This document shows positions 1 to 11,133 of a stretch of DNA of 64,000 nt, piece by piece; within the stretch, counting starts at the first letter, position 1; every line of letters begins with the position of its first letter. The translations under genes and the position numbers were made by a program. The DNA comes from Candidatus Hydrogenedentota bacterium (GTDB taxonomy: Bacteria > Hydrogenedentota > Hydrogenedentia > Hydrogenedentales > SLHB01): contig CAXXTH010000023.1 in assembly GCA_963668025.2 (NCBI GenBank), positions 256,001 to 320,000 of the forward strand, in the 5' to 3' direction. Below the pieces are notes generated by a model, which was not told the origin of the DNA, ran no database searches, and was given only the letters and a program-made list of their open reading frames with translations.

Positions 1-875
1 GCTATGGGAAAATCGCACACCGCTTCGATGGAGCCGCCTCCATCCGCAACCCGGCGCATTGTTTGAATTGGAATCCATTGGGTGCCGCCAGGTGCGCGTT
101 GGAGAACATGCACCTCGAACGCCGCCGATGCCGTGCGACGATTATGGACGCGCAGGCGTACGCTGGCGCGCTCGCCCGCATGAACCGTTGCATATTCGGC
201 AGTAAACGGCCCGGCTTGCAGGCCCGATGTATGCCGATGTCCAATGCTCTGCAGCAGGCTTAGCCATGCCGCAGGCTCCATCGCTTCAGCAGGCGCATCA
301 AAAAAGAAGCCATAGAATTGGCTGCCGCCGAAGCGCTTCCCCACGAGCGAAGGAGCGTAGTAACTCATTAAAACGCCCGGATATCCGGCGGGCTGTCCGA
401 AACGGTCGTAGGCCGTGAGGATGGGCAGCAATTCCGCCCGCGCTTCTTCGTCGATATTGTGTTTCGGGAATTCCTGGGGCGGGCGTATATACGCGCCATA
501 CGCGCGGGCCTTGGAGAATGTGTAAGTGTCGAGCGGAAGCGGCGTATCCCCGGCGGTTCTGATCTCATGCGGCGCTGCGCCGCATGAGAACGCGCCGAGC
601 CATAGCTCGGACGGCAATTTATCGGGCGGGCCGATCCATACGCAATCGCCGCCCGCCGCCATATGCGCCACCAGCGCCTGCGGCTCGAAGGCGCTCGATG
701 GAACAATCGCGTATTCCGCGTCGAGCTTGCCTTCCAGGCCATGGGCCAGCGCGTCATCGGCCACCAAGAATATGCGTTGTTCCGTTCCAAGCATCTCACT
801 CGCTCCCGCCCACGCTGGGCATGCCGCCGCCACTCCGCAAAATAGGATCGTCAGTAAATGGGAGGTATGGACCAT
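1..875 (-). CDS. Secreted hypothetical protein, runs off the window start (partial)
   Basis: Read by hand; absent from the ORF track because it has no stop in the window. ATG at 875 after AAGAGGT RBS. MVHTSHLLTILFCGVAAACPAWA-GASEMLG... signal peptide; frame open to position 3. Confidence 0.75.
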   Translation of the reverse strand, partial: MVHTSHLLTILFCGVAAACPAWAGASEMLGTEQRIFLVADDALAHGLEGKLDAEYAIVPSSAFEPQALVAHMAAGGDCVWIGPPDKLPSELWLGAFSCGAAPHEIRTAGDTPLPLDTYTFSKARAYGAYIRPPQEFPKHNIDEEARAELLPILTAYDRFGQPAGYPGVLMSYYAPSLVGKRFGGSQFYGFFFDAPAEAMEPAAWLSLLQSIGHRHTSGLQAGPFTAEYATVHAGERASVRLRVHNRRTASAAFEVHVLQRAPGGTQWIPIQTMRRVADGGGSIEAVCDFPI

Positions 876-945
876 GGCGCACCTCTTGTTTCATGGTTGT
901 GAAGGCGGCAAGCGCAATAACTTGCCGCCGTTGCCTACTTTTTTC

Positions 946-2889
946 TCAGTGGTTGGGCACTCCCGCCGTGCAGTTATCATTGCAAGGGGCGCGCCAATAG
1001 GCGGGAAGCTGTAATTTTGCGACTATTTCGGGGGTAAGCGCGTTCAACACAAACGTTCCGAAAATGGGATTCCCGCCAAGGTCGTCTTTGAACGCCTGGA
1101 AGGCTTTCAGAAATGCCTTTTCCGTACGGGCTTTGGACATATTCAGATAATGCCGCTGTCCCTTCACGTAGCCATCCAGCCAATCACGGCTGGCGTAGAG
1201 GTGCTGGCTGTCCTTGAGCTTTTCCCACACCTTTTCGGCGTGTGTAATGGCTTTGCCTCGTTCGCGATACGTTTTGGCTTGATCCATAGTCTCGAAGGCC
1301 TGTAGAAATTCCACGAAAAGCGGATAGGCTTCGCCTTTGGCCATGGTGGCGGCATAGGCTTTCAACAGTTCATCCGCCGAGCCGCCCGCATAGAGTTCAT
1401 GGGCTACGCCGTACTGAATGGGGAATGTAATGGGCGGGTAGTGGTCGTACAGCGTGCATTCTTCGAGCCCTGTTTCCCGCACATGGCCCATGCGCTGCGC
1501 GATGAGATGGAATTGGAACGGCATGAAAAGGTAAGCGGACTCGCCAGGATAACCCAGGAAACTGTATATGAATCCATTGCGCGCGAATTGGTTCGGGTCC
1601 ACGAGGCCATTGTACATGTTGGTGATCTCGGCCTCACAACTGTCCACGATCGGCACTTTCTTCGGGCCAAATTGGTCCGTCACGCGCTGCAAGAATTCCT
1701 TCACGAAGGCGTCCCGTTCTTCCGCCGTGAAGGGGATGCCCTTATCTTTATAATCCGGGAAGCACCAGGTGGGCCAGAGCACGGCTTGCATTTCTGCTCC
1801 CGGGCTGATGTTCTTGGCCAGGTCCGCGACCAGCATCAATTGGCTGAACAGCATCTCCGCCTGCCGGGGTTTGCACTCCTCGCAGAAACAGCCTGCGGGA
1901 TCATAGAACCACACGAGATATCCATCAACCGGCGCGAAGTATTCCATCTCGAATTGGGCGACGCGCTTGGCTGCTTCGCGGACTTCGGGTTTGTTCCAAC
2001 ACAATCCGCCATGCCCTGGTTTTTCACTGTACCAGCCCACACCTCGGAATTGCTCCGGATTCTCGCCGAGCAGCGTGGTGTCGAAGTAGGCCGGGGTCAG
2101 TTGGTGGTAAATCTCGAATCCCCGCCGCCTGGCGTAATCGAAGAAATAACGGATATTCGTGTGCATTCGCATGTTTGCTGCGTTGAGGGCCTCATTTGTG
2201 CCCGGATATAGGTAGAAGGGGTACGCCTGCCAGAACGATAAGCGAGAATAGCACGCCTCGATTAGTAAATCCGCTTGCTTTTCCAATGCCTCATGCGACA
2301 TACATTCCAGCGCAATCGCGGGATTGCGGCCAGAATCAAGATTCACATATAAGGTGCGATTGGCGACGGCGGGCGACTGATAGATTGGCGCATCGGGCGC
2401 ATCGAACCGCCATGCGCCATCCACGATGTCCAGACGCCGCAATAATTCGCCTAGGGCGTAACTCAATCCCAGCGTTGCGCGAGGCGTTTGCTCCGTACTT
2501 GCGCCTAGCGCCAGAATGGAAGGCGTTTCGCCGGATTCCACGGCGATGCAGTAGCTTTGCGCACGCGGATCCGCCGCCTCCGGCCAGGTGTGGCCGCCGG
2601 ACACTGCCGCGAAGCGTGCAGGCTCCGATGCCGCCGTGCCAATACGGATGCACGCCTGGCCCGTGGCGTCTTCGCTCCATACCTCCGGAAGCTCGCGGCC
2701 CGTAAATTCCTTCACGCGCATGTTGAATCGCTGCACGGCCAGGCGTTCGGCTTCGGTGGCGCTGCCCGCATGTACAATGCGCAATCCATCGAGCGGGACG
2801 ATTGCCGCCTGCGCTAGGCCGAAGGGAAGTAATGCAAGCGCTGCTAGAAATAGGATGGTGCGGATTCGCATCATGGATGGCATAGACAC
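946..2889 (-). CDS. Secreted uncharacterised glycoside-hydrolase-like protein (paralog 1 of 3)
   Basis: 647 aa ORF with signal peptide (LALLPFGLAQA), a GH20/GH67-N-like first domain (inferred) and a WFYDPAGCFCEEC motif shared with 14489 and 19782. Confidence 0.7.
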   Translation of the reverse strand: MSMPSMMRIRTILFLAALALLPFGLAQAAIVPLDGLRIVHAGSATEAERLAVQRFNMRVKEFTGRELPEVWSEDATGQACIRIGTAASEPARFAAVSGGHTWPEAADPRAQSYCIAVESGETPSILALGASTEQTPRATLGLSYALGELLRRLDIVDGAWRFDAPDAPIYQSPAVANRTLYVNLDSGRNPAIALECMSHEALEKQADLLIEACYSRLSFWQAYPFYLYPGTNEALNAANMRMHTNIRYFFDYARRRGFEIYHQLTPAYFDTTLLGENPEQFRGVGWYSEKPGHGGLCWNKPEVREAAKRVAQFEMEYFAPVDGYLVWFYDPAGCFCEECKPRQAEMLFSQLMLVADLAKNISPGAEMQAVLWPTWCFPDYKDKGIPFTAEERDAFVKEFLQRVTDQFGPKKVPIVDSCEAEITNMYNGLVDPNQFARNGFIYSFLGYPGESAYLFMPFQFHLIAQRMGHVRETGLEECTLYDHYPPITFPIQYGVAHELYAGGSADELLKAYAATMAKGEAYPLFVEFLQAFETMDQAKTYRERGKAITHAEKVWEKLKDSQHLYASRDWLDGYVKGQRHYLNMSKARTEKAFLKAFQAFKDDLGGNPIFGTFVLNALTPEIVAKLQLPAYWRAPCNDNCTAGVPNH

Positions 2890-3030
2890 CTCTTTTCTAG
2901 GAATGCCCTGGTTGATTAGTCCGAATAACTGTATCGACTCACGTCTTGTGTATCGACCAAATTTAGAGTATCATGAATCCGCCGTGCTGTCAATGGTGGA
3001 TGCTAAGCGATTTACAGGAGTCAAACGAGG

Positions 3031-4239
3031 ATGAACGCGAGAGTGGAATCGGTTCCGTTGAATTGGGAAGGCATTGATACGACTCCCGCCTGGCGGCGAA
3101 TTCGTAAATTGGTGTATCGGGAAGGCCTGCCCAATTTCGTGCCCGTCGAGATTGGCATTGGGCCGTGGTACGCCTGCAAGTTGCTCGGCGCGACCACTAT
3201 CGACCTGGTTCATGGCAATCCCACGCCTAAAGAGACGATGCTCGAAGCGTATCGCCGCTACGGTTATGATCCGTGGCTGTGGGCGACACCGTCAGTCTGG
3301 TATGAGAGCGCCTGGCAGGGCGATGGCGAGGAGCCCCAGGTGGAAACGGTTATCGAGGCCGATACGCCGGAAGAGCACCGCACGCGGTGCGTGTTGCGCA
3401 CACCGCTGGGCCCGCTCGAATGGCGTTGCCGGACCATCCTGGGCCAGCCAACGGTTCAGACAGAAATGCCTATAAAAGAGCCGGAGCGGGACTGGCCCCG
3501 GTATCGCTATTGGATGGGCGAGTCGCGGCGATATCCGGATCTGCTATCCGTGGATCTGGAAATGCTGGGGCGTGGCGCCAGTGGCCCAGGCGCTACGCTG
3601 CCTATCGCTTGGTGGCAATACATGCGGGAGGGCGACATGATGGCCGTCACGATGGACCTGATCGAACGGCCAGATTTTATGCGGGAGGTGTTCGCCTGGT
3701 ATACCGAACGCTGCCTGGAGGAGTTGCGCGCCATTCTCAACACCCGAAACCGGGTGCTGATGGACATGTTTTTCCTTCAAGGCTCCGGTTCGTCGCTGAG
3801 CCTCAGCTCGCTCGATTTCTTCGAGGCGTATGACCTGCCGTTTATTCAAGCCGTCACCCGCCTTACAAAAGAAGCGGGCGTGCCCTCGCATTTACATGTA
3901 TGCGGGCGGTCGTTCGAGATTGTCGAGCGGTGTTTCGAGCACACGGACCTGGATGTCATGGAGCCCCTCGAACCGCATCCGGGAGGTAATTGCGATTTGC
4001 GGGAGGTGAAGCGGCGTTTCGGGAAGAAGCTGATCTTGAAAGGCAATCTCAATACGTTCGGCCTGCTGGCGCGCGGCACGGTGGCGCAGGTCCGAGAAGC
4101 GGCGCGGCGCGCCCTCGACGACGCCATGGAAGGCGGCGGTTTCTGGCTTGCCACGGGGGACCAAACGCCCGGCGATGCGCCCGAGGAAAACCTGGTGGCT
4201 ATGATCGAGACCGCTCGGGAGTATGGCCGTTACGGATGA
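3031..4239 (+). CDS. Uroporphyrinogen decarboxylase / MtaA-CmuA family TIM-barrel protein
   Basis: HLHVCG, EPLEPHPGGNCDLREVKRRFGKKLILKGNLN, GGGFWLATGDQ...PEENL motifs; GAGG RBS. Confidence 0.85.
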   Translation: MNARVESVPLNWEGIDTTPAWRRIRKLVYREGLPNFVPVEIGIGPWYACKLLGATTIDLVHGNPTPKETMLEAYRRYGYDPWLWATPSVWYESAWQGDGEEPQVETVIEADTPEEHRTRCVLRTPLGPLEWRCRTILGQPTVQTEMPIKEPERDWPRYRYWMGESRRYPDLLSVDLEMLGRGASGPGATLPIAWWQYMREGDMMAVTMDLIERPDFMREVFAWYTERCLEELRAILNTRNRVLMDMFFLQGSGSSLSLSSLDFFEAYDLPFIQAVTRLTKEAGVPSHLHVCGRSFEIVERCFEHTDLDVMEPLEPHPGGNCDLREVKRRFGKKLILKGNLNTFGLLARGTVAQVREAARRALDDAMEGGGFWLATGDQTPGDAPEENLVAMIETAREYGRYG

Positions 4240-4240
4240 C

Positions 4241-4868
4241 CTACGCGTCCGGGAAGGTATAGACGAGTTTGCGCTCGATGCGATGCGTGCCGTCGGCGAT
4301 GGTGATCTCGATATCGCCCACATATTGGAATCCCATTTTCTGATACAGGTGGAAACCCGCGCCATTTTTGGGATTGGTGGTTAGTTCGATCCCCTTGCGC
4401 CCGGCGGCTTTGGCCGCGCCGATGAGCGTTTGCATGGAGAGATGCCCGAGTTTTTTGCCATGAAATTCGTCCGCGATGGCGATGCCCAGTTCCGGGATGT
4501 CATGGCCAAATTTCCATAGGAAGCTATGTCCGATGATGGCGTCTTCCCGCCAGATATGGGTACATGGCGCATTCATGGCGCTCGACCGCATCCAAAAGCG
4601 TCTTCCAGAGCGCTGTCGAGTTTGCCATCCATCGGATAAGGCGCGAAGAGAAACAGGCTGTCCTCGCTGAGGCCTTTGCAGGAACGCTTTTAGGGCAGCA
4701 TGGTCCGCCTTGGCCGCCGCGCGCACGGTGATGGGGGCCTGCGTTTTGCCAATCCGCCTCGATACACAAATTCCACGGCGTATCGCCGGAGATGCCCAGG
4801 ATGTCCGCGTTGTGTTTAATTGTAGGATCTCCACTCAACTGGGCCTGGATTGCCTGTACAAGGTCCAT
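4241..4868 (-). CDS. GNAT family N-acetyltransferase (frameshifted in this sequence)
   Basis: C-terminal frame has ELGIAIADEFHGKKLG and N.AGFHLYQKMGF. The probable start is ATG 4868 (MDLVQAIQ) with a GGGAG RBS in another frame. Confidence 0.7.
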
Positions 4869-5987
4869 TTATTTGTCTCCCATACTTGCGGGTATTAATT
4901 CTTGTGGGGGAATGGGTAGTGGATTCCCGGACGACCAAGTTCGGGATAATCACGATTTCCCGGGCGATTCGCGCGCCGGCGGGATTCTCGATGCCCGCAA
5001 GGAGATATTCACCCGCCCGGCGGCCGATTTGGTTCTCATATTGTTCAACGGTCGTCAACGGCACATCCAAATACTGCGCCGCCGTCACATTGTCATATCC
5101 GATCAAGGAGACAATCTTCGGGGATGCGGGTAGCCGTTTGCACGCAGCATATGCATCACTTGCATGGCGATCATGTCGTTCGATGCAAAAACCGCCGTGA
5201 ACTTGCCCGTGGAGAAAAACCGCAGAAAATCCTTGCGGATTTTCATGTGCATGTCCGCCAAATAAACAGTGTTCGTCCGAAAACGGAATTCCGGCATGAT
5301 GCAGCGTATCCCGGAATCCCGAAATGCGCCGGGAGGTCACTTGTGGCGAATAGACGCAGGCGATCCGTTTATGCCCCAGGAACGCAAGATGAAGCCGCCG
5401 CGTCCGCACCGCCCTTATAATGATCGCAACTAATCACCGTCGCGCGGTTTGCAAGGCTTGGCCTGCAAAAATCGACCGCCACTACAGGCACATCGGGCAC
5501 GCATTCTTCCGGTATGTCCAGTGTGGTTTCAATACGAGATCATGAACACCCCGGCCACCCGGTTCTCGATTTTTATCCGTTCAAGGACTTCCTGCTCCCT
5601 GGGCGACTTTTCCGTCCCGTGCAGGTGAGTTCCGAGACGACCCCCTGCGTGCGAAGGCAGCGCTCGAGATTGCCAATGACCTCGACATTGAATGGATTTT
5701 CCATGTCGGGGACAATGACCGCTACGGTCTTGCGGTCCAATGCCAGAATGGCTTCATTGCTGCGGTTGGTGACCAAATGTGCCCCGGCCATGTTCGCGGC
5801 GCACGATGCCCTCTGTTTCAAGGGCCGCCAGCGCATGAACCGCCGTGACCTTGCTGACGCCATATTTATCAATGAGTTCCGAGATCGAATCCACCTTGGA
5901 ACCTGGCATCACCCGCCCTTCTTTGATATCCTGCAAAATGGCGTTTTTGATCTGTAAATATTTGGGAACCGCGTTTTTTCGTTCCAA
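4816..5987 (-). CDS. AraR-like transcriptional regulator (GntR HTH + LacI-type sensor), split by several frameshifts
   Basis: 5754-5987 PKYLQIK...YGVSKVTAVHALAALETEGIVRREHGRGTF (GntR wHTH). Later frames give TVAVIVPDMENPF, LGHKRIA, FTAVFASNDMIA, SLIGYDN...PLTTVEQ and PNLVVRES (LacI-type domain). Confidence 0.8.
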
Positions 5988-6255
5988 CAGGTGTCTCCCT
6001 CACGCCCAAGTGTTTGGGCTGTGAGCCATGCTTTTTTTGACTGTACCGATACTCTGTCTTGGAACGATAACACGTAGCCAGTTTTGATTTCAACGCGGTG
6101 CGGCATCCGAGATCGCCAGATAAGGTTATGGCATCATACTTTTCTCGAACAGTTTCTCCGCACATTCGAAAATGAACTACATTTTTCTCGCCGAGATTTT
6201 ATGATCGGTGCCCCCATGGTGAAAGAGGTTTCGTACGAAAATCCGCATAAAATCT

Positions 6256-6395
6256 GTAGGGTGGGGCTTGCCCCACCGTTCAAGGGAGGAGTCCATCAAA
6301 ATATCCAGCAAGGATTGCAAGACGTAACAAATAGATATACTTTGGTTTACACGGGAAATTTTCAAAAGAAAACGTCATTTTTGAAGGTAGTAATA
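6256..6395 (+). repeat. GTAG-family REP (GTAGGGTGGGGCTTGCCCCACC) with ~140 bp extended homology to 14230-14370
   Basis: Identical 22-mer palindrome at 6256, 14230 and 24763; TTTACACGGGAAAT lies ~90 bp downstream in copies 1 and 2. Confidence 0.8.
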
Positions 6396-6523
6396 CAAGG
6401 CGCGTAGAACGTGTAAGCTTGCCAAAACCATACCCGTGTTGGGATATGCACTTTGCAAGCACTGCGTACTACGCGCCTCTTCACCACAAACACATCATGC
6501 CACTAAATGCGAGACAGCATGCT

Positions 6524-7738
6524 TTAGATCCAGCTTCGATCCCGCATGGCTTCAATCACTTCGCTTAATGCAATCGCCTGGGCGGCCGTGCGGCAGGACA
6601 CCTTTTTATCGCCTACCATATCCACAATGCGCTCGAATGCTGGGGTCAGCGTCTCTTTAATGGTGCAATACGTATCTTGTTTGCGCGTAACGCTGCCGGA
6701 TTTGGCATTGCGCCATTCGACATACGAGGCAATCACGCCGCCCGCATTGGCTAGAATATCGGGGACAACGGGGATGTTTTTGCTGGCCAGGATTTCGTCC
6801 GCTTCTGGCGTGATGGGCCCGTTCGCGCCTTCGACAATGAGTTTGGCGCGGACCGATTGCGCATTGTCCGCCGTGATTTGTTTTTCCATTGCCGCGGGGA
6901 CGAGTATGTCGGTGTCCAACGCCAGCAGTTCGCGGTTGGATATCGTGCTGCCGCCGATGTCGGTAACGCCGATCTCTTTGCCCGTGAGATTCCAAAGGGC
7001 GTCGAAATTCACGCCTTTTTCGTCATATACGCCGCCGTTGATATCGGAAACCGCCACGATGCGCGCGCCCGCTTCATGCAGGAAATGGACGGTCCAACGT
7101 CCCACATTGCCAAATCCTTGGACGGCTACCCGCTTGCCCTCGAGGGGCCTGGCGCTGGAATCATTCCATAACCATGCCGCGCCCAAGGCGCACGTATGGG
7201 CCACGCCGTTTCCGGTGGCTTCGTTGCGCCCGGGTAGGCCGCCAACGCGGGGCGGCTTGCCGGTCACTACTTCAGGCCGGTCGAAACGGCCGTAGATGAC
7301 GGCCATGTCCGTGGCGTCCGTACCCATGTCAGGCGCGGGAATGTAGACGCCATGTTCGAGTTCGAGGTGGAGCATGTGGCAATACTCACGCATCACGGCG
7401 GTCTTCTCGAAGCGCGTCAGTGTGGATGGATCGAGGGATATGCCCGATTTCCCGCCTCCGAACGGCAAGCCCACGAGGGATGATTTGTAGGTCATCCGTT
7501 CGGCGAGATCCCGGGTGCAGTTAATGCCCACGCTAGGCGACATGCGGATGCCCCCCTTCGCGGGCCCACGCGCAAGGCTGTGGTAGACTACATAGCAGTC
7601 TGCTTCAATAATTCGATCTGTGTGGACGCGCAAAGAAATGCTGCAATAGATTTCTTTCTCGCTGTGTTCGAGCAGGCGGCGGGCGCTTGCGGGAACGTTG
7701 ATGACGTGGCTTAGTGTTTCGAAGTCGAGAACGGGCAT
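6524..7738 (-). CDS. Glu/Leu/Phe/Val dehydrogenase (glutamate dehydrogenase-like)
   Basis: GPAKGGIR, GGGKSG, PAPDMGT, VAVQGFGNVG, EGANGP, PDILANAGGV; GGAGG RBS. Confidence 0.92.
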   Translation of the reverse strand: MPVLDFETLSHVINVPASARRLLEHSEKEIYCSISLRVHTDRIIEADCYVVYHSLARGPAKGGIRMSPSVGINCTRDLAERMTYKSSLVGLPFGGGKSGISLDPSTLTRFEKTAVMREYCHMLHLELEHGVYIPAPDMGTDATDMAVIYGRFDRPEVVTGKPPRVGGLPGRNEATGNGVAHTCALGAAWLWNDSSARPLEGKRVAVQGFGNVGRWTVHFLHEAGARIVAVSDINGGVYDEKGVNFDALWNLTGKEIGVTDIGGSTISNRELLALDTDILVPAAMEKQITADNAQSVRAKLIVEGANGPITPEADEILASKNIPVVPDILANAGGVIASYVEWRNAKSGSVTRKQDTYCTIKETLTPAFERIVDMVGDKKVSCRTAAQAIALSEVIEAMRDRSWI

Positions 7739-7834
7739 AAAACTATCCTCCGTATTTGGACAGGAAACAATAACGGCGGCCGCTTCGACAAAAGGGCCGC
7801 CGCACGTTTTCTGTCAGGCTAAGGCTCCGTGTGA

Positions 7835-9205
7835 TTATTTCACGTAACCGAACTCTTTTTCCACTTCCGAGATGGCTTCCTCGAGGATGGCGATGCCCTT
7901 GAGGGCCAGGCTCTCGGATATGCACAGGGGAGGCGCCAAACGCAGTTTCCCTTTTGGCGTAATGGTGAGCATGCCCCGGTTCATGGTTCGGAGGAAAACT
8001 TCCTTGCCTTCTTTATCCGCGGCCTTCTTCGTTTCGCGGTCTTGGACCAATTCCACGGTAATCAATAAGCCCAGCCCGCGCACATCGCCAATGAGCGGAT
8101 GCTTGTCTTTCATCGCATTAAGCTTATCGAGCAGCACCGCGCCCACTTTCGCGGCGTTCTCGACGACGTTGTCTTCTTCCATGGCCTCGATATGGGCCAG
8201 CGTGGCCGCCACGGCCAGGGGATTGCCGCCGAAGCTGGTCGAACCGCCGCTCGAGTTCGCAAACGGCTTGGACTCGATGATCTCATCCCGCGAGATAAGC
8301 GCGCCGACGGGGAAGCCGCAGCCCATGCCTTTGCCCATGAGCAGGATATCCGGCTCGACGCCGAAATGCTCGATGGCGAACCATTTGCCCGTGCGCCCAA
8401 AGCCGGTCAGCACTTCGTCAATGATGAGCAGGCAGCCGATTTTTTCGCAGAAGGCTTTCAGCTTCTTGAACCAGTCTAGGGGTGGGATCACGGTTCCGCC
8501 GGACCCCTGGACAGGCTCGGCGATAATGGCCGCCACCTTATCCACGACGCAGACATTGACGTATTTTTCGAGGAAATCGATGTATTGATCAGACGAGAAT
8601 TCGCCGCCGAGGCTGGGGCGGTAGCGGTTGGGATGGGGCACGAGGTGATAGCCAGGGGCCATCGGGCCAAAGCCCTTGCGGAATCCGGTTCCTTCCACTC
8701 CAAGTGCGCCGAGGGTCTTGCCGTGGAAATCATTCCAGAACGAAATGATCTCCGTGCCGCCCGTGAAGGATTTGGCAAGGCGGAAGGCCGCTTCCACGGT
8801 CTCCGTGCCGCCCGAATACAGTTGGGTGCGTTTGAGGCGGCCTGGTGACAGTTCGGCCAGTTTTTTGCAGAGTTTCCAGCGGTCCGGCACGGCATGGTCA
8901 TGCACATTCATGAGCTTGGCCGCTTGTTTGGAAAGCGCCTCGACCACCTTGGGATGGCAATGCCCCGCATTGGTCATCACGACGCCCGAGCTAAAATCGA
9001 TGTAGACATTCCCGTCCACGTCTTTCAGATACGGGCCGAAGCCCTCCTCGAGCACCAGGCGGCTCGTGTTGGTCGAGCCAGAAAGCCCTGGCGATATGTA
9101 TTCGGCCTCCTTGGCCCAAATCTCCAAAGACTTGGGGCCGGGGGACGCCGTCACCATGTGAGGGGCTTGGTCTTCACGCAGTGTTTTCAGATCGATGCTT
9201 TGCAT
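7835..9205 (-). CDS. Class III PLP-dependent aminotransferase
   Basis: DVDGNVYIDF, FHGKT, EPVQGSGG, LIIDEVLTGFGRTG, GKGMG, TSFGGNP; start set at ATG 9205 after AAAGGAG. Confidence 0.92.
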   Translation of the reverse strand: MQSIDLKTLREDQAPHMVTASPGPKSLEIWAKEAEYISPGLSGSTNTSRLVLEEGFGPYLKDVDGNVYIDFSSGVVMTNAGHCHPKVVEALSKQAAKLMNVHDHAVPDRWKLCKKLAELSPGRLKRTQLYSGGTETVEAAFRLAKSFTGGTEIISFWNDFHGKTLGALGVEGTGFRKGFGPMAPGYHLVPHPNRYRPSLGGEFSSDQYIDFLEKYVNVCVVDKVAAIIAEPVQGSGGTVIPPLDWFKKLKAFCEKIGCLLIIDEVLTGFGRTGKWFAIEHFGVEPDILLMGKGMGCGFPVGALISRDEIIESKPFANSSGGSTSFGGNPLAVAATLAHIEAMEEDNVVENAAKVGAVLLDKLNAMKDKHPLIGDVRGLGLLITVELVQDRETKKAADKEGKEVFLRTMNRGMLTITPKGKLRLAPPLCISESLALKGIAILEEAISEVEKEFGYVK

Positions 9206-9251
9206 TCCAAAGACTCCTTTGTTATCCCGATTAGCGCGCCTATCTATGGCG

Positions 9252-10832
9252 CTATGCTCCACTTGATGCGAGGGCTTGGCCCGCCGTGCGCCAGGCTGGG
9301 CCCTTGCCAATCGCCGCGCCTTCCATAGGAGGGCATTTCGCCATGGAGCCGGATACCATCCGCTCCATCAACTCATCAAATCGCTTGTAGTTTGGCGCAT
9401 ACAAGCGATGGTTTTCTTCGTTATAGGGGGCCAAATGCACTTTGGGCGCCATGGCGGACGCGGCTTCGAGCACGCCGCTGTACAGCCCCGCGCCAGCGGC
9501 GGCCAGCACGGCCGCTCCAAGCGCGCCCACCTCGAGTTCATCCACCCGGCCCTGGGGAAGGCCCAGCACATCGCCGATAATGCCGCGCCACATGCTGCTC
9601 ACGGCCCCCCCGGCCACCACGCGCACCGATTTCACGGAAATATCCATGGCGTTGAGCACTTCGACATTTTCGCGGATGCTATACGCCACGCCCTCGAGAA
9701 TGGCCCGGTATATATGCGCTTGGGTATGGGAGAGGTTCAGCCCGTAAATGGCCCCCTTCATTTCAGGATCCCAATACGGCGCACCGCTGCCGCCAAAATG
9801 CGGGCAAAAGAGAATGCCGTCTGAGCCTGCGGGAATCGCCGCCGCCTTTTTATCCATATTGCGGTAATACGAGCCATTGTGTTCGGGCGCAAAGGTGTCG
9901 CGCCACCAGCGCAGCACCACGCCGGTCGTCATGATCGGCGCTTGGATCATCCAAAGCCCTGGCGCGACATGCATCGAGGTGGTCACCCGGCGCTCCAGAT
10001 CGACCAAAGGCCGGTTGCAGCACGTCTCCACCATAGTGGCCGTACCGAGCGACACCAGCAGCGTATCGGAGTCCACAACGCCCGCGCCCAATGCGCTGCA
10101 GCTCTGGTCAAATCCGCCCAGCATGACCGGCGTGCCTGCGAGCAAGCCGGTGGAGGTGGCCGCTTCCGCCGTGATAGCGCCTGCTGGCGAGCCGGACGCC
10201 CCTAAAGCGGGCAGTTGGCTTCGCGAAACGCCTACGGCGTCCAGTATGGGATCGCTCCAATCCAAGCGGGAGACATCAAACATCTGAGTGCGGCTCGCCG
10301 TGGAATGATCCGAGATGATCTCGCCGGTAAGGCGGAAAAATAAATAGTCTCCGGTGCATACATAATACGCCGCTTGGGCAGCCGTCTCGGGCTCATACTC
10401 CATCAGCCAGCGCAACATGCCTTGAGTCCAGCCCGGATAGTCTTGAAGCCCCGTGATTGCGAACAGTTCTTGACTGGATAAGCCCAGCGGGCGCTCCACG
10501 GCGGGCGAACGCCGGTCGAGCCAGGAGATGGCTGGCCGGAGGGGCTTCAAGTCGCCGCCCAAAGCGGCTACGGAACTCCCCTGGGAAGAGATGCTGAGCC
10601 CGGCCACTTTTCCCGGCTTGATGCCGGTGATATCCAGCACCTCGCGCACCGTTTCCGCCAAAGCGCGCCACCAGTCTTCGGTGTCTTGTTCCGCCGCATC
10701 CGGTGTGGGATGGCGCAGCGGATACTCGCGATAGGCGCACGCTTGGCGGCGTCCCTTGCAATCAAAAATCAGCGATTTGAGGCCAGTGGTTCCAGCGTCA
10801 ATGCCGATGATATAGGTTTCTTCTCTGTTCAT
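9252..10832 (-). CDS. FGGY-family carbohydrate kinase (xylulokinase-like)
   Basis: IGIDAGTTGLK, WLDRR, SDHSTASRT, GGFDQ, RAILEGVAY, VAGGA. Confidence 0.9.
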   Translation of the reverse strand: MNREETYIIGIDAGTTGLKSLIFDCKGRRQACAYREYPLRHPTPDAAEQDTEDWWRALAETVREVLDITGIKPGKVAGLSISSQGSSVAALGGDLKPLRPAISWLDRRSPAVERPLGLSSQELFAITGLQDYPGWTQGMLRWLMEYEPETAAQAAYYVCTGDYLFFRLTGEIISDHSTASRTQMFDVSRLDWSDPILDAVGVSRSQLPALGASGSPAGAITAEAATSTGLLAGTPVMLGGFDQSCSALGAGVVDSDTLLVSLGTATMVETCCNRPLVDLERRVTTSMHVAPGLWMIQAPIMTTGVVLRWWRDTFAPEHNGSYYRNMDKKAAAIPAGSDGILFCPHFGGSGAPYWDPEMKGAIYGLNLSHTQAHIYRAILEGVAYSIRENVEVLNAMDISVKSVRVVAGGAVSSMWRGIIGDVLGLPQGRVDELEVGALGAAVLAAAGAGLYSGVLEAASAMAPKVHLAPYNEENHRLYAPNYKRFDELMERMVSGSMAKCPPMEGAAIGKGPAWRTAGQALASSGA

Positions 10833-10997
10833 TCGAAATCTTCTTTATTCCTCGATTTAGCTCATGCCTGCACGCGCATACGAAAATGCAAGCGTATCGT
10901 GAATGGAACCCGTACCGCATAAGTAGCGACCGTTAATGCAGTTGCGATGGATGGCCGGGGCTGCTTGCCGTTCGCCTTACTCTATCGCAACAATCAA

Positions 10998-11027
10998 AGT
11001 ATATCATGACTGTTGGCCCAATGTCAA
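10998..11027 (-). promoter_or_regulatory. Sigma70-type promoter for the kinase-aminotransferase-dehydrogenase operon
   Basis: Minus strand reads TTGACA-18 nt-(TGA)TATACT; an operator-like TCTATCGCAACA lies at 10981. Confidence 0.6.
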
Positions 11028-11133
11028 TGCTTTTGATAGATAGAGTTCAATAAACTCGTATGCTGGTTCGGAACAGAAACGGCCGCTTCCTTGATAGGAA
11101 GCAGCCGTTTGCGGTGAAAGATTTCCGAGGGCC

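Noticed and set aside
2-1014. Short ORF-track entries at the window start
   Set aside because: All are explained as shadows of one minus-strand CDS starting at 875 and running off the window edge.
3031-4239. Calling the UroD-family gene hemE
   Set aside because: It lacks the RQAGR motif of true HemE and sits in a catabolic context.
4759-4767. TCGATACAC operator-like half site
   Set aside because: It falls inside the probable GNAT coding region and has no adjacent promoter.
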